Positions 22,077 to 32,158 of a stretch of 32,158 nucleotides of DNA are shown one piece after another. The stretch spans positions 1 through 32,158 of the forward strand of contig JAHLWZ010000994.1 of the NCBI GenBank assembly GCA_020536535.1, written 5' to 3'. The DNA comes from Pelomyxa schiedti. Its lineage: Eukaryota; Protista; Evosea. The notes beneath the pieces are model-generated. The model saw only the letters and a list, made by a program, of their open reading frames with translations. It made no database searches and was not told the origin of the DNA. Position numbers and translations under genes: made by a program. Numbering within the stretch: position 1 is the stretch's first letter; each line of letters starts with the position of its first letter.

Positions 22077-24069
22077 TCACTCGTTTGGGCTCTCTTCAGT
22101 CACAGGGTACACCAACTGATTAACAAACCGTGAATAAAGCGCACTGGGGAAACATCTCTGAGCAAAAGTACTCAATGAAGCAACAGCACATCCACCTGTA
22201 TCAACAACAAATAAGGAAAAAACCAAAGTCATGGGGGAGGAAGAAAAGAAGAAAGGGAGAAACCTATCCATGTGGCAAAAGACCGGTTCGGGTGTGCTGT
22301 TATCTTCACCTTTGTGGGAAAAAAAATTGGTTTGTGGGGTTGTCACATTGAAAGGGGGAAAAGAAACAAACGTTGGTGCCGAGTTTGGTCATTTCTCTGG
22401 TGAGTCTCTTGGCAAATCCCGGAAACATCGAGTTTCCACCAGCAAGAACTTTGTTGGAGAAAAGGGAAAAAGGGAAGTGCGTTAAAACGCGTGGCACGTG
22501 GCCACGAGTTCAAAAGATACCAATGTTGTGGCTCATCACTTCTTGGAGCTCAGGGCTGCAACTGAGAATTGAACTGCGGCACATGCCAGGAACACCTTCC
22601 TGCGGAGGTCTCCAAGAACCGTTAAATGAACTGCAGCTCTCAAGCAAAGATGGTGTGAACATAGGTTCCGCCGTCCTGTGTTGGCATCAGCAATTTTGGG
22701 TGTCGGCACTGTTTGTGGGATGTGGAACCGTATCAATTCGGGTCCTAGCTCCACTGTTTGTCCATCAGGAAGGGAATAAGTGGTTCGTCGCTTCTCCTTT
22801 GTGAAAAACTGTGAACAACAACAAAGAATACCCGCAATCCCACCCCACTCTGGGCTGGCATTGAGTGTGTTGAATACCTGCACCTCAGTTTCAAAGTTTT
22901 GGGCAACATATGCCAGATTGTGCTTGATGTAATCTATTGATTCAGTGGAGAGTGACAAGGTTTCGCGTAGGTGTGTCAAGATATGCCTGCCACCCAGGTT
23001 TATACTCCTGTAGCTTGCTTTGATCACTTGACCTTTGTTTTGCTTTTGAACAAAAATATAAATGGTGGAAGTGCATGTATAAACTGAAGAATTAAAGCAT
23101 TGAATCAATCACATACCTTCGGAAATGGGTGTTACCCTTGTGTAATGTTCTCCACAGTCCACAACAAGGCCAGAAGTTCTCCCGGTTGAATACAGGGCCA
23201 ACAGTTCTGAGGGCACCATTAACACTGCAGCAGCTGTATAGTCCGCTTCTAGCATGCCATTAACCAATCTTTCACGCTCTGATTTCTCCATCTCCAGTGT
23301 AGATTGTTCAGCGAAGATGATTGGTGAATTCTCTGCACCCAGGAATTTGACACCATGCTTGACCATCTGTTTGGTTTTTTTCAGTCGCATTGTCACTTGA
23401 CACTCCTCCCCACTTACCTCCAAAACTCTTCCTGTATTCATGACTCCGTCACTCTCAACTAAAAAGTTGGTGATGCCAAAGTTCCTGCCCCAGTATTGAT
23501 CCGCTGAGTGGTGCAGGTGTGAGTTGATTGACAGAAAGTCAAATGGGGGCACCGCGTCACAGCTGTATCCCATTCGGGACCGTGCTGCCCCAATGTCAGC
23601 AACAACAGCAGGGCGGTGAGATTCGCCAGCCCAGGCGTCCATCCAGTCCTTCACTGGGTTCCCACTTATGTCTGCCAGTTCTCCACAAATGACAGTCTCA
23701 ACACCACCATCATCAGGCACATCAACAACATTTCTGTATTCCCCATTCTCTAGCACCCATGGTCTGGAAGCTGTTGTGTGGTGTGTTGTTTCAGAGCATG
23801 AGTCCCTGATATCTTCACCACAAAAAAACACAAAAAAAAAAAAAGGGGACCCACACACAATCACAGTGAGGATCGCCATCCAGAAAGAACATGTATTGGT
23901 GTTTGCCAGGAGGCAGTGACAATTGGAGCGACGGAGTTGGGTCCGTGAACCACCGGTGGCGCATCAGTCGTCGCTCCCAGTTGTCGAAACTGCATGCCAG
24001 CTCCACCCGTACCCAATTCCCCTGCTGTTCACCCCATGATGGTGCTCGAAACGAAACAGAACGCTTCAT
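22077..24069 (-). CDS. CBM48/AMPK-beta-type glycogen-binding domain fused to a divergent actin-related protein
   Basis: N-terminal VELACSFDNWERRLM...LQLSLPPGKHQYMFFLDG. Actin fold follows: AVVADIGAARSRMGY, LALYSTGRTSGLVVDCGEHYTRVTPISEG, INLGGRHILTHL, YSLPDGQTVELGPELIR|TAEPMFTP, VLAGGNSMFPGFAKRLTREM, WIGGCAVASLSTF. Stop at 22077-22079. Confidence 0.87.
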
Positions 24070-24649
24070 GGCACTCACTGCTCGTTCTCAATTCCGTTTG
24101 GTGAGGGACGGTGGGTTTGGTTGATGTACTGTTTTTGAATCAAAGGGTCTTCGTCGTTGGGGCTGGTAGCCCCCAACCCGGTCATGGACCCTGCGCCACA
24201 ACAGACGTCATTCCTGTGTGAGGGCCACCAAGGTAGTGACCCGCAACAAAAATAGGTGCCGATCTCTAGGTGTGAATCGCAACAAAGTAATCAACAATAA
24301 ACTCTTGTGTTCGTATTCGGGCTTCTTTCTCCCTTACTACACAAGTAAAACAACACCCCAGCACACCTCACAGTGTGGTGGTCACTATCCAAACCCAATC
24401 TACCTCAGCACAGACTCCATCCCTTTTTGTCTTGTTACAAATTCCCTTTTCTCTTGGAAAAACAAAAAAAACACTTGTGTAGTTACTTAGACCACACCAA
24501 ATGCCACGTGTCATAGCCAGCCAATCTACTCTGTCCAATGTTGTTGTGCTTTCCCAACAGCCACTTCGAGTTTACAAGAAAAAAACAGTTGGCGTACAAG
24601 ATGACTGACAGGTTGCCGCTCTCCGGCAGGTGCTTTTTTTAGTGGGTTA

Positions 24650-26394
24650 TTTTCACAGTTTCATGTATGCTTGGCGAGGCATTCCCGTTCTTAGTGCCCC
24701 TGAAATGTGGGGGGGAGTTTGATGATTTGGTCTGGTTGCAGTGTGAAAGATTACACGACAAAGGAACACTCAAACCTGTCAGAGACAGAACCTTGTGTTT
24801 TTGGGGGCGTTTCAAAAGTCTCGTGCGGCGCAGAACCGCGTCAACATCCTCAAGACTGTGAACCTGCAGAGAGTCAGGGAGAAGCGATTTTGCTTTAATC
24901 CCACCATTTGGTTTCGTTCCGTATTGATTTGCATTATAGATTCACATTCCTCAAATGAAAGTGCATACAACTCAAACAACTTTCCCTTGAATGCTGGTTC
25001 CCTATACCAGTCTTCCCCTAAAATACAATGGTGGTAAGTAACCAAGCAACTGTAACATCGTTTATGTAAATTGTTAAACTTGCATTGTCGATTAGTTCCA
25101 TTGGCCTCATTCAATAGACTTCCAATATGTACACACATTCGTGTGACCATTTCGGCGATGGTTATTCTTTCTTTCATTACATTCTTATCGTTCTGCGATT
25201 GATTAATATTGTTTGTATGAAGGAGGCTCGTACCTCTAAAACTTTGATACGTGCATTCAACCCACGGGGATTTACCATCAACTCAGCAATTTTCTTTTCC
25301 ATTTTTTTGATCTTCGCATCAGTACTTTTTCTCCCTTTCTGGCATCTCTTTAGCTCTTCCTTACAGCTTTTCAATAGTTCTTCAAAATTCGTAGCCAAAA
25401 GGGGGTAGAAAAAGATGTTAGCCCAGGTCACTTTTGCTAAGAACGTACCTGAGAGGCTTTTATTATCTTCGACCCTTTGTTTATTTTCAGCAGTCAGCTC
25501 GTCGTTTCTTTCCTGTCAAAGCAGTGACCTTGGGTGGCAGGGGAAAAGGGAAAGTATACTTTAAGAGCGTCCGCTTCTTTGTTTTTCTCTTTCTGTTCAA
25601 GTAAATAGTTAATGACTCACTGGCTTTTAAGCAGGAGCATACCAACTTCATGAGTTGTGCTTCGATAGTCGTGCACTTGAGGTGTTCTGATACTTCACAG
25701 GAAATAAATGTAGGTCGCTTAATGTAGTTGTAAGGTGTAAGTTACCGTTCCTTCGACGAGTTTTCTGCGCGCACAGTGCATTTGGCACTGAAAGAGTATC
25801 TTTTACGCAGACATCTAAACGCCCTCCGCTGTCGATCAACTGGCGCCAGGAAAGTTCCCCTTCCTCTTCCGGCAGGACCTTTCGAAGCAGTCCATCATCC
25901 GGTATCAAATACGATATTGAAATGTGCTCCCAAGGGGGTATCTTCTTTGTGGTCCCAAGGATCAAACGCACCTGTTTCGATATGGCACGCCAGACCTCCT
26001 TCTTGTTCAATTTTGACAATTTCTTGGAATTTGCAGGATCAATGTCGATTGCCACGGTCATCTCGTAGACTTCAGCATAGAGCACAAGGATTGTGGGTAC
26101 GGATGCACATGACGCAGCTGTAGTTGAAGTTGTGGTTGAAGTTAAAGTAGTTGTTGGAGAGGGGACGGGAGCAGCTGATGCCCCGACCAACGTGGGGCTG
26201 GTTGTGTTGGGGGTAGAAGCGGCACGCGACGTTGTGGTAGCAGCAGGTCCTGGGCTTGGCGGCGCAGCGGGGGGCGGAGCGGCGGCCGCGGGCAGCACGA
26301 GCGAAGAAGCAACAGGCTGGGTTCCTTGCTTGGATTTTTTCTTCCTCTTGTCGTTGTGTCGCTGCTGGTGTGGTCGTTTGTGCTCCACGTCCAT
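24650..26394 (-). CDS. Hypothetical protein: basic and Pro/Thr/Ala-rich N-terminus, central coiled coil, unidentified C-terminal domain
   Basis: Long first exon (MDVEHKRPHQQRHNDKRKKKSKQ...) followed by GT-AG-bounded Lys/Glu-rich exons (KEKNKEADALK|ERNDELTAENKQRVEDNK; EELLKSCKEELKRCQK). The 3' end is approximate and I recognised no family. Confidence 0.6.
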
Positions 26395-26606
26395 GGTTTT
26401 TTTTGTAAGACGAAACAATACTGAGAGATCTCTCTTGTAGATCTCGATAAACTTGAAAACAAAGCGATTTGATTTCCGAGAGACGAGAACTATCAAAATC
26501 AAACGAAATGCACTGGGTGCGCCCAGTGGATAAACTTGTTTTTTGTTGGTTGTTTTTATTTTTCATTCATTATGCCGTTTTTTGACTGAAACGTCCAATA
26601 CCAAAT

Positions 26607-28870
26607 TTAAGAGTCTTCTGTAAGAAGGCCGCTATTGATGGCTTGAATCCGTTTAAGTTCCGCTGTAATTGCGGTTAGTTTGCACGGTTAAGTATCTAGT
26701 GGGAGGGTACCAAGTGCATCGACGAGTGGTTCTATGTTGGCCAAGTCGGGCCTGTAAAAACGGTTGGGGGTTTTCGTGTTGTTTGGAACGGGATTACCTG
26801 GACGCCAGTTCTGCTTGTATGGCAAACACTACCCTCTCGAGTCGTGTTGCTGTATGCTGTTGGGCTAACTTCAGTGCTTGAACTTGTGCTTGTAGGTGCT
26901 TGTTTTCTTCCAAGGCTGCATTTGCCACTGTACTGGGTGGTGAGGTAGGTGAGGATGGTGAAACAATAGGTAGAACAGTGGCCCGAAACTGTGTTGCAAC
27001 CGTGGCTGCGGCTGCAGCTAAGGATGGCTTTGATGGGACTGGATTTGAATTCAAAGGATGGGTGTTATTTGTTGGTGTGGTTGAAGTTGCTGCAGAAGCT
27101 GTGTTTTGGGGTGGTGTCTGAAGGGGGTGCTGGGCTTGAGTTTGTTGATGTAAAACAGCAATAGGGGATGTTGTTGTGGAAGCAACAGGTTGGGAGGGTT
27201 TCTTTGGGGTACCAAGGCTTACAGCCATCTCCACAAAGAGGGTAATGTCCTCCACGGGAGGGTACCGCAACAGTCTTCTCATTGCAGTGACTTGATCTAA
27301 CTGCAGCACTACAGCAAATCAAAAAATCAGCCAAAAAGGGTGGGATCTATACACTCTGTTCTAATATATATCAACATCGCAACACAGATGAAGTCCACAA
27401 GTGCACAAGAACGACCATAGGCGAAGATGGCATCCCAGAGAACCTGCCTGTCTGTGAGTTGTATTAACTCATACGAACAGATACAGTTAAATCACGCAAT
27501 TTGAATTCACGTCCAAATAACAGCTTTAACCAGCGCCTGCGGTATTGTTATTTGCTTTGAGGGGTGCAAATAATAGCGAGGAAAAATACAGTGCATAAAG
27601 TTGGGGCTCTATTTGAAGTTTGGAAAAGTGTTCAAAAAGTGACGGATCCTTTTGTTTGAGAAGTATGTTTTGGATTCGTATACACCGACGTACAACCGGA
27701 GTGAGTGCCTGGCATATTATTATTAACCTTTAAATTTACACAAAGCGGGAAAACCTCAGATTGATCTGCAGGAGTTGACTTCTCGGCAAATAGATCTTTT
27801 GGAGGTGGTTTTGACTGAAAGAATTACTCTCTTAGAATTAACTGGGAATGAAGGTAGACAAACTGGTGTTGGCATCATGAAGAATTCAGCAGTTGAATTC
27901 ATGAGGTTTGTGAACAACAGGAAAGCATCATGCTCAATAAAATTAGCGTCGAAGAAGAAATCTATTGCCTAGGGCCATTAACTTAATATAACCTCTAAAG
28001 AAAAGTACTTCTTGTTCTGTGGAGATCGGGGTAAAGGTTGTTGGTGTCACAGGAGGGTACTCCAGCAGAGTAGAAGTTTCTCCTGTTATAGGCTTTTCCT
28101 CAGAGGGAGGGGTCTCCAACTGGCTAGAGGAGAGAATATCAACTGGTCCTGAGGCTGTTTTGCCATGGACATCCTCCCATAAAACAAAGAAAATCGGAGC
28201 CAATAGTTCATGCATTCCTTGGCGATACCTAAGAGGTTGGTGCTAAAACCGTTATTAGTTTCACTTACGATATATTTGGGTGTTCCCTGCTGTATATAAA
28301 TAATACCCTCCTGAGGGCTGCTTGAACTTGGGGTAACTGGAAAAATGGATACTCTGGGTACCTGTTAAAGTGTGGGTTAGAAAAAATAGAAATAAACGAG
28401 GACAAACGTTCGTTCTAGATCGCGCTTGATTTCTTTTTCAAGCTCAATATTTTGGAAGAATTTATTCCAGGGACTCTCATTAGTTGTAGAAAGTGGATCA
28501 AAGAAAGTGGAGGTTTGAGGCTGAAGAGACCGAGGATCAACAATGTGCCTTCAAAAAGAGTACGTGTAAGCTCCATTGGCTTTCAACCAACCCAAGTCCC
28601 CTTTTGTACTTGTTACATAGCCCTCTGTACTCCTTTCTCATTTCATGCAATCTAGCAGGCCATTCAGTGTAAGATACGTACGGAGGTAAAACTTCCAGGT
28701 ACAACTACAAGGAAGTGACAAAAAGCAAGGGCGTTGCGCAAGCAAACCTTCCAAGCCAGACTTCGTGTAGTCGTATTATGTATTCCACACTGTACGCCCT
28801 TCTCCTTAATGGTACGGTGGTTCGCCACGCAAAACAGAGTGCGGTACTCCTCCAACCTTAGTGTTGTCAT
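26607..28870 (-). CDS. TBC1D5: TBC-domain Rab GTPase-activating protein, TBC1D5-like
   Basis: RSLAWK, EIKRDLERTYP (IxxDxxR finger), YRQGMHELLAP (YxQ finger), IEHDAF, IEPQLYALRWLKLLFGREF, LWDAIFA, RRLLRYPPVEDI and C-terminal LAELKRIQAI. The orthology call rests on motif recognition. Confidence 0.85.
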
Positions 28871-29129
28871 TTGCGAATAAATTTAGTTATGAAATTGACA
28901 TCTCATATTGTTATTGGCTGGAATTTTGACATTCCCGCCGGTAACTAGTGCCATACGCACCTCTTTGTGGCGTCCATTGCCCTCCCCAAACGGTGTCACA
29001 AAAATGCAAATCTGATCACTGGTTCTTCAGATTTCTTTTTCAACCATGGATTCTTCTCACTAACACTTCACTTCTGAAGTGCGCGTGCAAGCAACAACCG
29101 GAAAAAAAAGTGACCAGGGGAGTGATCTC

Positions 29130-29900
29130 CCAAGTCGAGATCGATGGGGAGGGTTTCTAGGAAAGCCATCAAAAGGGAGTTGGAAACCGGAAGCCACAAA
29201 GTTGTGGGTGACCCAAGTCGCTGGTTCTGCACTGGTGTGCTCCTTTTTCTATGTTCTCAAGTACCAATAACAAACTAGTCAGTGATATAAAAAAGCTGGT
29301 AACTGCCGGATGGCAGGTCTAACTTCCCAAGTATGCTGCTTCATCCTTTTCCTTGTACTCTCCACCGACGTTCCACACTGGATCACGGGACCGTTGCATT
29401 ACTCATCATTCCGACCATTCTTTGGCAGATTTCTGATTTCGGCCTTGGAATGTGGATCACCGACGGACCCCTTGGGCAGATACTGGAAACTGCAGACCGC
29501 GGCCCTGAAATAGTCCTGAAGGTCTCGTACAAGTCGGAATGCAGGACTTCCTTTTTTTTCAGATGGTCCTTCGCACCGAGATACTTTCACAGGAGGTTCC
29601 ATATGCCGAGTGGAGTGGTGCTTTCAACCTGAATTCCCCGGTTCAGCCAAGCAGGCAGACCCTTGAGCTTCTTCGCACTTGGTGAACCCCCGCAATTCCT
29701 GAGGATTCCCACGGGGAGCCGATTCCCGAACCCCTGTTGACTTTAATGCGAAACTGTTTCGAGTATGACCCACAAAAGGTGTGTGCCACTCACAGGTTTT
29801 CTAATTTAATTTCTCGTTATAGAGGCCCGACTCTATGCAAACAGTCAGCTGCATCCTACATGAGGTCAGGATGGAGCTCCTGAGCCCATGCCAAAGGACT
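29130..29900 (+). pseudogene. Decayed protein kinase fragment
   Basis: Fragments lie in different frames: Gly-loop-like GEGF*/GGFLGKPSKGSW...QVA, then ISDFGLG, SFAP, and PAIPED...LLTLMRNCFEYDPQK|RP (subdomain XI). I found no HRD segment and no continuous splice path. Confidence 0.6.
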
Positions 29901-30603
29901 TTGGGGTGGTGGAAGATAGCTGGGGGGGCCTCAAATGTCCTGGAAGAACTTGTGCTCCAGCGTTCCAGACGCGGTTGCCCTAGATGTGATGAAGTGCGAC
30001 TTCTGTGGTGTGTAGTGGTCATTGATCATCCCTCCTCCTCTTTTCCTCTTTCTCCACACACGCACCGCACACAGGCTCACTCTACTCGTCACCATCACCT
30101 TCTTCTTTAAAAGACCTAACGTTATTATTGTCTCTCCCACACAAGACAATCCCGGGTTCCCTTGGCGAAGCTCAGCACTATGAAGGCACTGGGATACTAG
30201 ACAGAGTGCTTTTGGGAACAAACAATACAAAACAAGACTCCCTGCCACTTCCTTCTGAAATGATTGTGTTTGTTGTTACACTGTACTCACACAGGCAGTT
30301 CTGGTGTGGTGATGGAGTTTTTCAACTTGGGTATGAAAATTGGTACTGTTTGAATTTTCTTGCAAAAAGAAACATTTTATTATGACAACCACCCCGTGGG
30401 GGGATGATGTGGGAGCAGGAGAGTGCATTCATTTGCACTCTTGGATGTTCCTGCGATAGCGTCTGTTGATGATGTTCCTTGAGGTGTGTGAGTGACTCCA
30501 TTGCCGGGCTGTGTGTTCTCTGTTTGTCAAAAGCATATACCTTGAGGTGGGTAAGCGTGCAAACAGTGACCCACCAGAGGGAGGATTACCTTCGGAACGT
30601 TCG

Positions 30604-32114
30604 TATCTCACGGAACAGTTAGTAAAACTGCATGAAGGGATTGGATATACTGCCGAAGCGCAATCGACTCCACAGTGTGAGTGTGAGAGAAACCCAAGAG
30701 GACCCCTTTGAGTTCTAGCACTGGGTGTATCTGATGGATGGGTGCATCCTGCGGGCGAAAAGGGGAGAGCCCAACACATCCATGCCGCCGCTGCAGATCG
30801 AGCACACGACATTAAAAGTGGCTGTGATGAGCCCAAGGGGGAGCCCGCAGAATGCACCGCCATCAACCCACGCTATGGGGGTCCTCAAGGACGAGAAGGG
30901 GGAAATGAAATCTATTTTTAATGATGAGAACAAAATTTGGAAGGAAATGCCCCAATAGTATTCGAGCCTTCGTTGAGAGATATCTCACGGAACAGTTAGT
31001 AAAACTGCATGAAGGAATTTGGATATACTGCCGCCAATATATGTATTGTGACAAGTCCTCATAAATATACGAGTGCCCAAGGTGTGTGAAAATCATCATA
31101 GCGTCAGGCAAAGAGAGAGTGTACGCGGCGGACAGCCAAGTCTTCACCGCCACCCTCAAAAACGACCACTTCTCTTGCTCCCCAAAGCAAAGTGACTCCT
31201 CGGTGAGTAGTCTCCAAGTCAGTGCCAGTACCAGTACCACTGTTGGAGTGAGTGCATGCATTGCATTGCCGGGGAGTTTGAGTTTTTTGGCGGCGGACAG
31301 AACTGTCTCACCACCCTCCCCCGAGAAAAGCCAAACACGAGTCTGCTTCAGATATTAAAGTACAATCCTCCTTCACGTCATGTCATGTCATATAATATCT
31401 CTGAACCTATATCGTTTTTAGTAACGAGATGGATTGGATTTGATACTGCTTTGTTTTGAGACTCTAGACTCCACAGTGAGACCCAAGAGAGACCCCTTTG
31501 AGTTCTAGCACTGGGTGTATCTGATGGATGGGTGCATCCTGCGGGCGAAAAGGGGAGAGCCCAACACAGCCATGCCGCCGCTGCAGATCGAGCACACGAC
31601 ACTGAAGGTGGCTGTGATGAGCCCAAGGGGGAGCCCGCAGAATGCACCGCCATCAACCCACGCTATGGGGGTCCTCAAGGGAAAAAGCACCTATTGGGAA
31701 AAAATGAATATATGTTTAAAACGGGAATGAAATGCCCCAACAGTATTCGAGTTTCGCGAAAGGTCGGGAATTTGTATCTCATGGAACAGTCAGTAAAACT
31801 GTATGAAGGGATTGGATATACTGCCGCCAATTGATAGATGTGTATTGTGACAAGTCCTCATTCCTGTACGAAGTGCCCAAGGTGTGCATAAATTATCGTA
31901 GGTAGGTAGTCCCATATAGCCCTTTGCTGCATTGCGGGGAAGAGAGTGTACGCGGCGGACAGCCAAGTCTTCACCACCACCCTCAAAAACGACCACTTCC
32001 CTTGCTCCCCAAAGCAAAGTGACTCCTCAGTGAGTAGTCTCCAAGTCAGTGCCAGTGCCAGGGAGTTTGAGTTTTTTGGCGGGGGACAGAACTGTCCCAC
32101 CGCCCTCCCCCGAG
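30604..32114. repeat. Imperfect tandem duplication (~790-830 bp period) with nested internal sub-repeats
   Basis: 30701-30890 is near-identical to 31491-31680. 31113-31229 matches 31941-32057, and 31271-31325 matches 32060-32114. A ~50-bp block (tatctcacggaacagttagtaaaactg...ggatatactgccg) occurs at 30604, 30981 and 31775. Confidence 0.9.
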
Positions 32115-32158
32115 TCTATGCTTCCTTCCGCGAGGTGCAATAGTCTTTCTTCCACTGG

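Noticed and set aside
1-28870. Alternative genetic code or stop-codon readthrough as the explanation for fragmented ORFs
   Set aside because: The in-frame stops I traced fall within short introns, and genes end normally at TAA or TGA.
30604-32114. CRISPR array or intact transposon
   Set aside because: The context is eukaryotic, the repeats are long and irregular, and I saw no terminal inverted repeats, LTRs or transposase/RT motifs.

Overview
This is a compact, intron-dense eukaryotic window, with introns mostly about 33-100 nt and intergenic gaps of 44-300 nt. Roco kinase, ciliary genes and Thr/Ser-rich protein tracts suggest a flagellated amoebozoan, possibly an archamoeba such as Pelomyxa (inference only). 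Manual splicing gives these genes in order: a dCTP pyrophosphatase (+); a Kelch-repeat/F-box/Ras-like GTPase/CaaX fusion (-); a Sel1-repeat protein (-); B9D2 (-); a strongly divergent histone H4 with a ~65-aa Ser/Thr/His N-terminal extension (+); IFT46 (-); a secreted GH92 alpha-mannosidase (-); a large Roco/LRRK-type kinase with an extra degenerate GTPase-like N-terminus and a C-terminal C1 domain (+); a CBM48 glycogen-binding domain fused to an actin-related protein (-); an unknown coiled-coil protein (-); and a TBC1D5-like RabGAP (-). The window ends with a decayed kinase fragment and a nested ~790-bp tandem duplication. The most notable items are the Kelch-F-box-Ras fusion, the H4 variant, the CBM48-actin fusion and unusual splice sites. 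All gene models are manual and were not checked against transcripts or databases.
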